A DNA stretch of 64,000 bases from NCBI GenBank assembly GCA_965248835.1, contig CBDFLJ010000001.1, forward strand, positions 1,888,001 through 1,952,000. Reading direction: 5' to 3'. The translations under genes and the position numbers were made by a program. This DNA is from Alphaproteobacteria bacterium (lineage in GTDB: Bacteria > Pseudomonadota > Alphaproteobacteria > MPNO01). Below the pieces are notes generated by a model, which did no database searches, was not told the origin of the DNA, and was given only the letters and a program-made list of their open reading frames with translations. Below, piece by piece: positions 29,860 through 40,735 of this stretch (within the stretch, counting starts at the first letter, position 1; each line of letters starts with the position of its first letter).

Positions 29860-31068
29860 GTGAGCACAAACGCACCGCCCAAGACCAACGTCCATGCCAT
29901 AACGGGGTTGCCGGAGCTGGGCTTTCGCAATTACTGGTACCCCGCCCTCGCGGCGTGGCGGCTGCGACGGCGGCCAAGGACAGTCAAGCTGCTTGGCGAG
30001 GACGTGGTGCTGTTTCGCGACAAGGGGGTGGTTTACGCGCTGAAGGACCAGTGTGCGCACCGCGGCGCGCGACTGTCGCAAGGAAAATGCCTTTATCCGG
30101 GCACTGGTACGCTCACCTGTCCCTACCACGGCTGGACCTACGCGGGAGAAACGGGGCAGTGCATCGCCAAGCTCATGGAAGGACCCGACGCCACCATCTC
30201 CAGCGAGGCGAAAGTAAAAACCTATCCGGTCCGCGAACATCGCGGGGTGATCTGGCTGTTCGTTGGCGATATGGACGCGGTGCCACTTGAAGAAGACTTG
30301 CCGGAATGCTTGACCAAGACCGATGAATGGCACACGATTTCCACTTGGCGGACATATCACTGCAATTGGCGTGTCCTGAATGACAATTTGTGCTACGACT
30401 TGCACGCGCCCTTCCTGCATAGAAACTCACCCGAACTGGTTTTCCAGCCGATCTTCCCTTTCGCCAGCCAAATCACGACGGCGCCGCTGGAGGATTCCAA
30501 GGGGCTCGGCTACACGGCGCGCAACGGCGTAACGGAAGCCTACTTTCCCCGCCTGGGGCGTTTCCCGCCGCCCCAAGAGGCATTTTGGCGCAAGCTGAAA
30601 CCTCGCGGGCGCGGTAAGGAAATGGATCCAGAGACATCGCAGGCAGCAAAACGGCACGGCATCAAATACCGGCACATGTCACGCCTGCCGGCGGTGACCT
30701 TGGTGGGCCGGCCGGCCGGAGATTATTTCATGTGCCGCTGGGTAACGCCGATCGACGCGGAGACGACGTTGTTTTACTCATTGAACGCGTTCCGCCGGCG
30801 CCATGCCTTGGCTACCTTGTTCGATCGTATAGGCTGGGCGCTATGGCAATCCTGGGCCCATGACTGGGTGTTCTCGGACCAGGACAGGAAAGTCGTCGAG
30901 GGCGTGCGTGCGGATGCCGAACAGCTGTCGCGCAGCGATATCGGCGTTGTCGCTTGGCGAAAATTCATGATGGAAAACGCGCGCCGTCCCCCTGCTGCCG
31001 ATGATGCAGGTGATAGCGAAACAACCGCGATCGTGAAAAGCGCGCGGCTGGGAACTGCCGCGGAATAG
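29860..31068 (+). CDS. Homo-oligomeric Rieske oxygenase, CarAa-related
   Basis: LGFRNYWYPA, CAH...CPYH, HAPFLH, WVTPID and FSDQD; AGGAGG RBS. Confidence 0.85.
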   Translation: MSTNAPPKTNVHAITGLPELGFRNYWYPALAAWRLRRRPRTVKLLGEDVVLFRDKGVVYALKDQCAHRGARLSQGKCLYPGTGTLTCPYHGWTYAGETGQCIAKLMEGPDATISSEAKVKTYPVREHRGVIWLFVGDMDAVPLEEDLPECLTKTDEWHTISTWRTYHCNWRVLNDNLCYDLHAPFLHRNSPELVFQPIFPFASQITTAPLEDSKGLGYTARNGVTEAYFPRLGRFPPPQEAFWRKLKPRGRGKEMDPETSQAAKRHGIKYRHMSRLPAVTLVGRPAGDYFMCRWVTPIDAETTLFYSLNAFRRRHALATLFDRIGWALWQSWAHDWVFSDQDRKVVEGVRADAEQLSRSDIGVVAWRKFMMENARRPPAADDAGDSETTAIVKSARLGTAAE

Positions 31069-31192
31069 ATCGACCTCCGCTCTCTACCCCACATTATTCA
31101 CGGCAGTGTGGGTCGGAGCGCGATGTTGACCCCTATGCTTACGTAAAATCAACCACTTAACGTGCCGATCAGCGCCGAACCGATGCGCCGAC

Positions 31193-31375
31193 TCACACGA
31201 GAGGCCATGTCGGGACAAACACCGACATCAGTAGCAGGAAGGCGAGCGGGACGACACTGAACAGGATCCATTCGGGGAAGATCAGAGTCCCTTGGATCAA
31301 CGTCTCGTTAGACCACGACAGCAGCGTCAGCCGGATGAACAGGTAGAGGAGGACCAGGCAGCGCCGCGCGCGGCC
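31193..31375 (-). pseudogene. TRAP DctQ C-terminal fragment
   Basis: LSWSNETLIQGTLIFPEWILFSVVPLAFLLL; no start. Confidence 0.5.
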
Positions 31376-31440
31376 GATGGACAACGTTTCGCGCACGCCC
31401 ATAATCTTCCGGCGCGGATCGGCAAAGAGGGGAAGCGGCC

Positions 31441-32569
31441 ATGACGGAGCCGTACGACTACGCGAGGACCGGGCCCGGCACGCTCGCCGGACGCTACCTC
31501 CGGATGTTCTGGCAGCCGGTCGCCCGGCTCGAGGATATCGCGCCTGGCACAACCAGGCCGATCCGCATCATGGGAGAGGCCTTTACGCTCTACCGCGGCG
31601 AGAGCGGCGCGGTTTATCTCGTCGACTTTCGCTGCGCCCACCGTGGCGCGCAGCTCTCGATCGGCTGGGTCGAGGGGGAGACCATCCGCTGCCGCTACCA
31701 TGGCTGGCGCTACGACGGGACGGGACAATGCGTCGAGCAGCCGGGCGAGGGCGAGGAAGGGTTCTGCGGGCGCGTGCGTATCGACGCGCGGCCGACGCAG
31801 CTCTACAAGGGCCTTGTCTTCGCCTGGCTCGGCCACGACGCTCCCCCGGCGTTCCCCGAATACCCCTCGCTCGACGGCGACGGCGTGATCGAGGCGATCG
31901 TTTACATGCGCCGGTGCAATTACTTCAACAACATCGACAACCAGCTCGACGAGGTGCACGTCAGCTTTGTCCATCGGGACGCCTTCCACCGGGTGCTCGA
32001 CTTGCCGATGGTGGACGCGCGCCGGACCGAGTACGGCGCGGCGACCTACTGCCCTCGGCCCAACGGCAATGTGCGCGTGACCCACTTCCTGATGCCCAAC
32101 GTCACCCAGCTCAAGAGCCCTGGCGCCGACCGCGAGATCGACTGGACCGAGTACGTGGTCTGGCGGGTACCGATCGACGACGAGAGCCACTACACCTTCG
32201 GCATCAACTACATCAGCGTCCACGGCGATGCGAAGAGCCGCTACCTCGCCCGCCGCGCGGCGGTTCGCGAGACACCGCCGATCGAGGAGATCGGCGAAGC
32301 GCATCCTGCGGGGCGAGCTCACCATCGAGGACGCCAAAGCGAACCTCGACGACCGCGACGTGCTCTATCACGTCTATCTCGAGGACTATGCCGTCCAGGT
32401 GGGCCAGGGCGCGATCGCTGACCGGTCGCGCGAAAACCTGGGTCGGACCGACGCCGGTGTGCGCCTTTTGCGCGAGATCTGGAACGAGGAGCTCCGCCGG
32501 CTCGCCATGGGAGAGGCGCCGACTTGCTGGACCCGCCCCGCTGCGCTCGACGCCACGACGGGCGGATAG
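31441..32569 (+). pseudogene. Rieske oxygenase (phthalate dioxygenase/LigX-like), frameshifted near 32298
   Basis: TGPGTLAGRYLRMFWQPV, CAH...CRYH, DNQLDEVHVSFVH and WRVPIDD; the C-terminus (EDYAVQVGQG, RENLGRTDAGV) is in another frame. Confidence 0.82.
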
Positions 32570-32589
32570 CCCCAGGACCGGGGACCCCG

Positions 32590-32904
32590 ATGCTCTGTGC
32601 CCTCGTGCGCCAAGATCGGCCAGGGACGGCGGCTCTCCGTGCCCGGCTGCGGCCTGTGCTCTCCCGGTACCAGGCGACGTTCCTGTCGTCGAACGTATTT
32701 GGCAGCGGAATGATCATCGATAGGACCGATACGTCTGCGGACGTGCCGATCACCGAGATCGTCGGCAACGTCCCGATCCTCGACACGCCGGAGCGGGCGG
32801 CGGACGAGGCGTTCCATTGCGACGACCCCTACACTAGGCACGACCTGTTCGAGACCGTGATTGTCGAGCGGTTCTGGCGGCGCATGCCGCCAGAGGCGTC
32901 TTGA
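32590..32904 (+). CDS. YciI-like protein (possibly degenerate)
   Basis: QDRPG..ALR.RLRP and DDPYTRHDLFETV; the usual RxxH histidine is absent. Confidence 0.55.
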   Translation: MLCALVRQDRPGTAALRARLRPVLSRYQATFLSSNVFGSGMIIDRTDTSADVPITEIVGNVPILDTPERAADEAFHCDDPYTRHDLFETVIVERFWRRMPPEAS

Positions 32905-33530
32905 TGGCCGGGCTCCGCCTCCAGCGCGGGGACGGCGGGCACGCGCTGGTTGAGATCGAGGCGGTCAACGGCGCGCTCGCGCCGTTCGGCGCCCGGGTCT
33001 GGCCGCGCGACCTCCGGGCGGTCGCGGCCGACGTCCGGGCTCTGCTCGTTCGGCCCACGCTTTCGGTCGCCGAAGCCGAGCGGATCAAGGGCGCGTTGCT
33101 GCTTTCCCGCGAGGCGCTGCTCAAGAAACTCGCCGAGGCCGGGCGGGTGCCGCACGTCCCCGGCGGCGGGGCGGTCGAGACCGTGGTCGCGAACCACGGC
33201 TACGCCTACCCGCAGCTATTCGTCGTCGAGGCAGGCGCCGACTACAGTCGCTTCGACCGGTTCCACGTCAACGTCGCCGATGACGGCACCGCCGTCGACG
33301 AGGTCATGCAGGTGCTCTCCGGCGGCGGTGTGCGCATCCTCCAGCGCCGGCCGGGGGCGGGGGCCGTGACGCTCACCCTCGACTGCCCATCCCCCGATCA
33401 GGGCTGGACCGTCACCTACGACGGCGCGGTATCGCATATCGGCAGCATGTCGGCGGCGGCGGCGGGGACCAAGGCGCTGATGCAGGTGTTCGGCCCCGCG
33501 CGCTGGACAATGCGCTACGACGATGACTGA
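32904..33530 (+). CDS. Uncharacterised cupin-like protein, distantly acireductone dioxygenase-like
   Basis: TGATG-coupled; FDRFHVN...DEVMQVLSGGG and SHIGS resemble cupin metal motifs. Confidence 0.5.
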   Translation: MAGLRLQRGDGGHALVEIEAVNGALAPFGARVWPRDLRAVAADVRALLVRPTLSVAEAERIKGALLLSREALLKKLAEAGRVPHVPGGGAVETVVANHGYAYPQLFVVEAGADYSRFDRFHVNVADDGTAVDEVMQVLSGGGVRILQRRPGAGAVTLTLDCPSPDQGWTVTYDGAVSHIGSMSAAAAGTKALMQVFGPARWTMRYDDD

Positions 33531-33555
33531 GCAATCGTAAAGGAAGGGGACGACG

Positions 33556-33902
33556 TGTCCGATATCCGAGTGTGGATCGGCGGTGTGGCGGTGTGGAATA
33601 TCTCGGACAGCACGTCCGCAACCGGGTTGGATTGGTGGGGCTTGTCGCGAAGCTTGTAATGCAGGGCCGTCACCTGCGCGCGCCACCGCGCCGATGGCGA
33701 GCCCGGCCTGGTTCGGGCACGATGCAGGCAACGACGGCGTGCCAGTAGTGCTCCATGGTCTTCGGCCGGCGCTCACCGTCACCTGCGCATTCAAATACCG
33801 CTCGGCCAGGCGACCAACCAGATCCGCTGGATCATCGCGGCCAACCTAGCCTTGGGAATTGCGGCGGTGGTCATCGGCGCGACAGGCCGCTACTGGGCCT
33901 GA
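33556..33902 (+). pseudogene. Degraded CopD-like membrane protein
   Basis: VWIGG near the start; C-terminal QIRWIIAANLALGIAAVVIGATGRYW is in another frame. Confidence 0.35.
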
Positions 33903-34549
33903 TTCCCCGGGCTCTTGCGCCAGACCGTGGCGAGCCACGGCTGCTCCGCCCGCGGCCGGCCCGGCGGGCGGTAGTAGTGGTGCAGCTCCCGAAAGCCAGC
34001 GCCGGTGACGTAGGCGCGCCACGTTTCGAGGTCATGGAAGCAGCCGTATCGCCCACCGGCCCAGCCCTCCTCGTTGTGGCCCCGCGGGTTCGAGCAGAAC
34101 AGGACGCCGCCGGGCTTGAGGGTCGCGGCGAGGTCGCCGAGGACCCGGGCGAGCTGGCTGCTCGGCACATGGAACAACGAGGCGTTCGCGAAGATCCCGT
34201 CGAAGCGGGCGGATGGCAGGTCGAGCGCTAGGAAATCTTGGTGCAGCACCTCGCAATCAGTCTCGGCGCGCGCCATGACGGCAAGCTCGCCCGAGCCGTC
34301 CAGGCCGACCGCCTCGTGGCCGAGCCCGGTGAACCGGCACAGATCCCGGCCGGGCCCGCAGCCTAGATCGAGAATGACGTGGGGCGCCTCGCCCTCGATC
34401 GCCTCGAGCAGGGCCGCGATGTTCTGGCTGACGTCATGATCGGCGGTGCCGCGACGGTAAGCCGCCGCCATGCGGTCATATTCCGCGATCGTGATGGCCG
34501 CGACCTCTTGCGCCTGCACCGCGTCTTGCTCCGGAGTGGGCTCGCTCAT
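33890..34549 (-). CDS. Class I SAM-dependent methyltransferase
   Basis: ILDLGCGPGRD and FDGIFANASLFHVP. Confidence 0.9.
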   Translation of the reverse strand: MSEPTPEQDAVQAQEVAAITIAEYDRMAAAYRRGTADHDVSQNIAALLEAIEGEAPHVILDLGCGPGRDLCRFTGLGHEAVGLDGSGELAVMARAETDCEVLHQDFLALDLPSARFDGIFANASLFHVPSSQLARVLGDLAATLKPGGVLFCSNPRGHNEEGWAGGRYGCFHDLETWRAYVTGAGFRELHHYYRPPGRPRAEQPWLATVWRKSPGNQAQ

Positions 34550-34756
34550 CGCGCGCGCTTATATGCCATCGCCGCCCGCGAGACCGAAGCCCCCGGCGCC
34601 GGGCTCTGGCGGACAATCCGCAGCTTCTCCGCCGACGACCAGAGATGCCGCCGACGAATCGGCGCCACCCTCCTTGAGCCCATCCGACCCCGCTTCGTCG
34701 GCTTCATAGCGCGCGGCTCGCTCGCTCTCTATCGGTCTTGTCGGCTTCGCCGAATT

Positions 34757-35305
34757 CTACTGCGCGAGGTGGGAGGGCCACTCGGCTGGGGTCTCGGCAC
34801 CGACGACGTTGGCCATCATCGCGGTCTTGCAGAAATGACCGATGACACCGACCAGATCGGCGAGACGACGATAGCCGAGCGTCTTCTCGGCGGCCTTGAA
34901 CCCGGCATCGCCGAGCGTGCCGGTCTCCAGAACCTCTCGCGCCGCGGCATGGATGACCTCATCGTCGCGACTGGCAAAGCTCGGCTGCTCGCGGGCATTC
35001 ACGGCATCGACTACTGAGCGCTCGAGGCCGGCCTCAAGCGCCATTCGCGCCTGCGCTGCCCAAGGATAGGCAGCGTTCCAGTGGCGTGCGGTAAGCAGGG
35101 CGACCATGCGCAGCTGCGGTTGGGTCAGCGAGCAGTTCTCGAAATAGGCAGTCGCGGCGTTGTTGTTTTCCCACATCCCAGGCGCGTAGGCATAGCCGAC
35201 GGCGGGTCCTCGACCGATACGCCCGGTCGTGGCCGCGGTATCGTCGTAGACCCGTTTCTGTTCGTCATCCATCTCGTCTCGCGTAAGCGTCGGTATTCTG
35301 GACAT
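34757..35305 (-). CDS. Carboxymuconolactone decarboxylase/AhpD-like protein
   Basis: MSRIPTL..DEMDDEQKRVYD, GRGP and LLTARHWNAAYPW; GGAGG RBS. Confidence 0.7.
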   Translation of the reverse strand: MSRIPTLTRDEMDDEQKRVYDDTAATTGRIGRGPAVGYAYAPGMWENNNAATAYFENCSLTQPQLRMVALLTARHWNAAYPWAAQARMALEAGLERSVVDAVNAREQPSFASRDDEVIHAAAREVLETGTLGDAGFKAAEKTLGYRRLADLVGVIGHFCKTAMMANVVGAETPAEWPSHLAQ

Positions 35306-35446
35306 GGCTCCGCCTCCCTGTCGTCGCACGATCAACCTGCTGGATTCGAGGGTCGTTCGACCGCCCGCCGGCGTCAAGTCGCTTGCGGCGCCGGAGCGAC
35401 GGTCCGTCGTGTCCCCCGTCAGCACCTTTGAGACAGATATGAGATG

Positions 35447-35605
35447 TTGGCGGTCCGCTTTACCGACAGCGAAAGCTATTTCGTGTCGGAAGCTTCGGTC
35501 TATCGCCTGCTCAAGGCCCATGACCTGGTCACCAGCTCCGCCTTCATCGTGATCAAGGCCGCCGACGCGTTTAAGGACAAGACGGTCAGACCGAATCAGC
35601 TCTGA
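35447..35605 (+). mobile_element. IS3 family transposase fragment
   Basis: LAVRFTD..YFVSEASVYRLLKAHDLV..AFIVIKAADAFKDKT..PNQL*. Confidence 0.75.
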
Positions 35606-35724
35606 CAGAATTCTGCTGATGACGGACAGCCACCCGCACGGAATACTGGTGCCCTGCGTCAAAGCCGATCAAGATCAAATGCCCACGAGATAAGCGTTTT
35701 TGAATGCGTAACGGGGAGACTGGC

Positions 35725-36852
35725 ATGAAAATCAGCCGCGTGGATGCAACCGGGTTGCGCGTTTCGGTGCCATTCGACGAATTCGGCATCGACCGGACCG
35801 TCGCGCTCAATGTCTGCCATGTCGAGGTCGAAACCGACGATGGACTGATCGGCTACGGGTTTACGGCGATTGTCGAGGGCGAGGTCATCGCCAATATCAT
35901 CAACGCTGTCGCGGGACCATTGATCCTCGGCGAGGATCCGATGGCGAACGAGCGTATTTGGGAGCGGCTCTATTGGAAGATGAGCCCACGCGGCCAGACC
36001 GGATACGCAAGCCACGCGATCGCTGCGATCGACGTTGCGCTCTGGGACATCAAAGGCAAGTTCCTGAACCAACCGGTTTGGCGCCTCCTGGGCGGTGCCC
36101 GAAGCAAAGTTGAAACTTACGCGACGTTCGGGTTTCCGGTTTTCGACCGGGAGCAACTCGCCGAGGCCGCCAAGACATGGCAGTCGAAAGGCCATCGCAA
36201 GCTCAAGATGGTGGTCGCCAACGAAGCGCTGCCAAACCGCGACACGATCCGCCCGGTCGATGATGTCATTCGCGAAGACGCGATGCGCGTGAGGGCGGTG
36301 CGAGAGGCCGTCGGCGACGACGTCGATCTATTCATCGACGCGAATTGCCGCCTCGATCCGTTTCAGGCCCGCAAGCTGACCAAACTAATCGAGGACTGCA
36401 GGGTTACGTATTTCGAGGAGCCGATTACCCACAACGATGTTCGCCAACTCGCGAAACTGCGCCAAATGACGAGCATCCCGCTCGCCGCCGGCCAGAACGA
36501 AGGCCACGCTTGGCGGTTTCGCGACATGCTGGTGCATGAAGCGGTCGACTACGTGCAGCCCAATGTCGTGATCGGTGGTGGGTTCACCCAATGCGTCAAG
36601 ATCGCCGGCATGGCGGCCGCATTCAATGTCCCGATCTGCAACGGCGGCGCCTGGATGCATCACAACATGCATCTGCATGCCGGCGTGGCCAACGGAACCA
36701 TGGTCGAGCACCACTATGTCGCGACCGAGATCTGCAAGCAGATGTACCGCGATCTCCCCGAGCCGGTCGACGGCTGGCTCACCCTGCCCGAGACACCGGG
36801 CCTCGGCTTCACGCCCGATCTCGACGCGATCCGCGATCTCCCCAAGACGTGA
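35725..36852 (+). CDS. Mandelate racemase/muconate lactonizing enzyme family protein
   Basis: AIDVALWDIKGK, KLK, IDAN, FEEP, AGQN and PGLG. Confidence 0.92.
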   Translation: MKISRVDATGLRVSVPFDEFGIDRTVALNVCHVEVETDDGLIGYGFTAIVEGEVIANIINAVAGPLILGEDPMANERIWERLYWKMSPRGQTGYASHAIAAIDVALWDIKGKFLNQPVWRLLGGARSKVETYATFGFPVFDREQLAEAAKTWQSKGHRKLKMVVANEALPNRDTIRPVDDVIREDAMRVRAVREAVGDDVDLFIDANCRLDPFQARKLTKLIEDCRVTYFEEPITHNDVRQLAKLRQMTSIPLAAGQNEGHAWRFRDMLVHEAVDYVQPNVVIGGGFTQCVKIAGMAAAFNVPICNGGAWMHHNMHLHAGVANGTMVEHHYVATEICKQMYRDLPEPVDGWLTLPETPGLGFTPDLDAIRDLPKT

Positions 36853-36950
36853 CGGGGCGGGATCTCGCCGGGTTGCGTAGAGGGCATCGAAGCCCGCATA
36901 GGCGTCGGCCTGGAATATGCCGGTACATCCGGCGAGGTGACCTTCGGCAT
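36853..36950 (-). mobile_element. IS66 TnpC fragment
   Basis: HLAGCTGIFQADAYAGFDALY. Confidence 0.7.
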
Positions 36951-37059
36951 GGCTGCACACTTTTTCGCTCCGCCCAAATCGGGTTCGGCCTCTGCCATAA
37001 GGTGGTGCCGCACTACGCTCGCCCGCTGCCAACAAATTCACAGATGAACCAGACCGGTA

Positions 37060-38472
37060 TCAGATATCCGGGGCGCGCCGGTGCCAGTCGGTTGCGCGCT
37101 GGAACGCCCCGCCCAATGCAAACAGCGTTTCCTCGTCAAACGGCCGCGCCGCGATCTGAATCCCGAGTGGAATGCCGTTTGATCCGATTCCGATCGGACA
37201 GGAGATTATCGGGATCCCAAGCAAACTGAGCGGCCGCGTGAAACGAGGAAAGGTCGTCCAGAATTGCTCGGCGCCGCCTGGACCGAGCGGATCGCACTCG
37301 GCCATCGTCGGCGCGCGGCCTGGATAGGAAGGCAGCGCAATCGCATCGACCCGCGCAAATACCGAACACACGAAATCTTTGATCACCTTGGTGCGCAGCC
37401 GCATCGCGTTGAGGTAACTGGCGGCGGAGATCAGGAGACCCGACTCGAGGTGATCGCGAATATAGGATGCGTAATCGTCGCCGCGTTCCGTCAGCCACGC
37501 CTCGTGCAGCGCTGCGGCTTCGGCCTTGGATATCAAGTCGCAGAGATCGAACATCAAATCTTCATCGGGAATCTCGATCTCGACGACCGAGACGCCCTCC
37601 CCGCGAAATACATCGAGCGCCGCCGCAAGAGCAGTGCGCATTTCCGGATCGACGTCTTGCGTCGATCCGGAAATCGGGACGCCCAGCCTGAGCCCGCCCA
37701 CGGGAGCCTCGAGCGCCGCGAGATCGTTCGGCGGCGGCAGCGCGGAGCAATTGGGATCCCTTGGGTCGGCACCGGCAATGACATCCAACATCAAGGCACA
37801 ATCCCTTACCGAACGAACGAGCGGCCCAACCGTATCCAGCGACCAGGATCTTGGCATCACCCCATGTAGGCTGACGCGTCCCTGGGTCGGCCGTATGGTC
37901 GTTAGGCAGCACAGCGCCGCGGGCCATCTGAGTGAGCCCCCGGTATCTGTTCCGAGCGATCCATAGATCAGCCGTGCGGCGACCGCCGACGCCGAACCGC
38001 TCGACGATCCGCCGGGCGAATAGTCGGTGTTCCAGGGGTTGAGACAGTCGCCAAAATGCAGATTGTGGCCGGTCCCACCGGCGGCGAATTCGCTCATGTG
38101 CAACCGGCCGATTTCGATCGCACCGGCGCGAGTGAGGCGTTCGAGTACGGTCGCCGTTGTTGCGCCACGGACGCCGTCGAGGATCCGAGATCCGCAGGTC
38201 GCGACCTGATTCTCGCGCGAGAACAGATCCTTGTGCGCCATAGGCACACCGTGCAATGGCCCGACCAACTCACCCGTTGATAGCCTGTCATCGGCTCGTC
38301 GCGCCTGCGCTCGCGCGCCATCGGCGTCAAGGACGATAAAACAGTTGAGCCGGCCGGCGAGGCGTTCGGCGCGCGCCAGACAGGCCTCGGTCGCCTCAAG
38401 CGAGGAGATTCGGCGCGAGCGGATCTCCGCGGCAACGGCGGTCAGGTCCAGATTGGCGATCTCCGCTGTCAT
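37060..38472 (-). CDS. Amidase signature family enzyme
   Basis: GPLHGVPMAHKD, PGGSSSGS and GTDTGGSLRWPA. Confidence 0.9.
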   Translation of the reverse strand: MTAEIANLDLTAVAAEIRSRRISSLEATEACLARAERLAGRLNCFIVLDADGARAQARRADDRLSTGELVGPLHGVPMAHKDLFSRENQVATCGSRILDGVRGATTATVLERLTRAGAIEIGRLHMSEFAAGGTGHNLHFGDCLNPWNTDYSPGGSSSGSASAVAARLIYGSLGTDTGGSLRWPAALCCLTTIRPTQGRVSLHGVMPRSWSLDTVGPLVRSVRDCALMLDVIAGADPRDPNCSALPPPNDLAALEAPVGGLRLGVPISGSTQDVDPEMRTALAAALDVFRGEGVSVVEIEIPDEDLMFDLCDLISKAEAAALHEAWLTERGDDYASYIRDHLESGLLISAASYLNAMRLRTKVIKDFVCSVFARVDAIALPSYPGRAPTMAECDPLGPGGAEQFWTTFPRFTRPLSLLGIPIISCPIGIGSNGIPLGIQIAARPFDEETLFALGGAFQRATDWHRRAPDI

Positions 38473-38757
38473 GAAGATTCTTTTCGCAGGTTTTCGAGGA
38501 GCCCGATCAACCCGCGTGGGACATCGTCGAGACTCAGTTGGGCCGTCGCCTTGCCGACCGCGTCGTCCAACCGGCAGGACTCCGCGAGGATCGCTTGTGC
38601 TCGGTCGCTGCCGCGCGTCGTCGCAAAAAACGGCCTCGCCGATAAGTTCGTTGCGTCTGGTAGGTAATCCATATTGTGGACCGCTATCCCCGCCACGGAG
38701 TTTTGTCGATAATGTCACCGCCTTGGCTCGGCGTTAAGTCATACGGAGGACAACGCG

Positions 38758-39177
38758 ATGACGCAGGACGTTGGACGACTGCCCGATGCTTTCAGCGCGC
38801 TCGTCCTCAGTGCCTGCGACGAATCCTCGTTCCGGCGCGACGGTCTGTGGGTCAGCTTCGAGTACCGCGACCTCGGCGCCGCCGAAGCGACCGACGGTCG
38901 GGTGGGCGCATTTCATATGCGTGCGTTGGGGCCGTGCGATGGCCCAATGGGCTGGCACTGGCATGACCTGACCTTTCATCTGGTTTACATCCTCAAGGGA
39001 CGCGTGAGCTATCGTTGGGAGGGCAGTGACGAGGTCGTCGTCGCAAAGGCCGGTGACTCGATGATCCAGCCCCCAGGCGGCGCTCACAACGTCCTCGACT
39101 ACTCGGAAGATGTCGAGGTGCTCGAAATCACGATGCCGGCAAAGTATCCAACGATCGATGTCGGCGATTTGGATTGA
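38758..39177 (+). CDS. Cupin domain protein
   Basis: EYRDLG, GWHWH and QPPGGAH. Confidence 0.85.
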   Translation: MTQDVGRLPDAFSALVLSACDESSFRRDGLWVSFEYRDLGAAEATDGRVGAFHMRALGPCDGPMGWHWHDLTFHLVYILKGRVSYRWEGSDEVVVAKAGDSMIQPPGGAHNVLDYSEDVEVLEITMPAKYPTIDVGDLD

Positions 39178-39443
39178 GCGCCGGCGCCCTCGATCGACCG
39201 TGTGTCTTCCATCCTTCGGGACGCGGCCTTGCCACCCGCTCTGCAGGATGAGATCGTAGTGTTTCCTCATGGTGAAGAGGCCACGGAGTGGCCGTCTCGA
39301 ACCATGTGTCGCACGAGGTCGTGCAAATGCGATAACCCGAGGCCCGAGCCCGCAATTTTTGACTCGGTGCCGACAAATAGCTTAGCCTCCGATGGCCCAC
39401 AAATACCGTGTCGCTGTTGCGTAGAGGACCAGGAGAGCCCTTG

Positions 39444-40700
39444 ATGTCTCGATCGAACTTGCCCGCCTATGGCGAACCATGGCCGAAGAGCGATCTCACG
39501 CGTGTTCCGCACACCGTGTATATCGATAGAGATATCTTCGCCGCCGAGAACGATCGGATATTCCGTGGCCCAACCTGGAACTATCTCGGGCTCGAATGCG
39601 AGGTGCCGGACCCGGGTGATTTCGTATCGACCTATGTCGGTACGATCCCCGTGGTGCTCAACCGCGGACGCGACGGTTCACTCCATGCGTTCGTCAACCG
39701 CTGTGCCCACCGCGGCGCCATGGTGGTGCGCGAGAGTCGCGGCAACTGCGACAACCATACCTGCATCTATCACCAGTGGTCCTATGACAACGAAGGCAAT
39801 CTGATTGGTGCGCCCTACCGCAAGGGAATCAAGGGGAACGGCGGTTTCCCTGACGATTTCCAGCTTGCCGATCATCCCCTCGAAAAATTGCGAACCGAAA
39901 GCTATGCGGGCGTTGTATTCGGCACCTTCGATGAGGACATGGAGCCGTTGGACGCGTATATGGAAAAACCGGTCCGCGATCGATTTGACACCTTATGTGG
40001 CCGACCGTACCGGGTGACCGGCTATCAGCGGCAGATCGTTGAGGGCAATTGGAAGCTGTATTTCGAGAACGTCAAAGACTGCTATCACGGCTCCCTCCTC
40101 CATATGTTCAATTCCAACTTCGGGTTCTTCCGATCGACCCAACGCGGATCGTCGGTGATGACGAAGGGCGGGCTGCACTCGATCCTGACGACCTACGGCA
40201 AGACCGATGAGGAGCTCGGTGACACGTTCAAGGAGATCGCGACGCACAAGCCGAAATTCTCGCTCGAAGACACCTCGGTCATCGACGTCGTCCGCGAACA
40301 CGGCGATGGAATGGTAACCACTATTCTCACGCTGTTCCCGACATTCGTGCTGGCGCAAATCGGAAACCACCTCGGGTTCCGCCACATTCGGCCGAAAGGC
40401 CCGGACCGGTTCGAACTGGTTTGGATCAACTTCGAATATGAAGACGACGACGACTATCATCGCGAGGTGCGGCGTAAGCAAGGCAACCTACTCGGCCCAT
40501 CGGGCTATCTATCGATGGAGGATGCCGAAGCGTTGGAAATCGCGAACAAGGCATTCACCGGAGAATTCGGACGCGGATACTCGTTCATCGAGATGGGTGG
40601 CCGCGAGTCCGATGATCAGGATCATCTTGTAACGGAAGCGCCAATTCGCGGCTTTTGGCGCGGCTACTGCGACATAATGGGGATTTCCTTCGACGACTGA
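39444..40700 (+). CDS. Ring-hydroxylating oxygenase alpha subunit (AndAc/NagG/OhbB group)
   Basis: RIFRGPTWNY, CAH...CIYH, NWKLYFENVKDCYHGSLLH and GPSGYLSMED. Confidence 0.88.
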   Translation: MSRSNLPAYGEPWPKSDLTRVPHTVYIDRDIFAAENDRIFRGPTWNYLGLECEVPDPGDFVSTYVGTIPVVLNRGRDGSLHAFVNRCAHRGAMVVRESRGNCDNHTCIYHQWSYDNEGNLIGAPYRKGIKGNGGFPDDFQLADHPLEKLRTESYAGVVFGTFDEDMEPLDAYMEKPVRDRFDTLCGRPYRVTGYQRQIVEGNWKLYFENVKDCYHGSLLHMFNSNFGFFRSTQRGSSVMTKGGLHSILTTYGKTDEELGDTFKEIATHKPKFSLEDTSVIDVVREHGDGMVTTILTLFPTFVLAQIGNHLGFRHIRPKGPDRFELVWINFEYEDDDDYHREVRRKQGNLLGPSGYLSMEDAEALEIANKAFTGEFGRGYSFIEMGGRESDDQDHLVTEAPIRGFWRGYCDIMGISFDD

Positions 40701-40735
40701 CGACTGAAACGGGCGAAAACAGGGAGGCGGCGAAG

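Noticed and set aside
31122-31149. dif-like site (TTACGTAAAAT resembles the XerD arm)
   Set aside because: There is no XerC arm at the 6-bp spacing.
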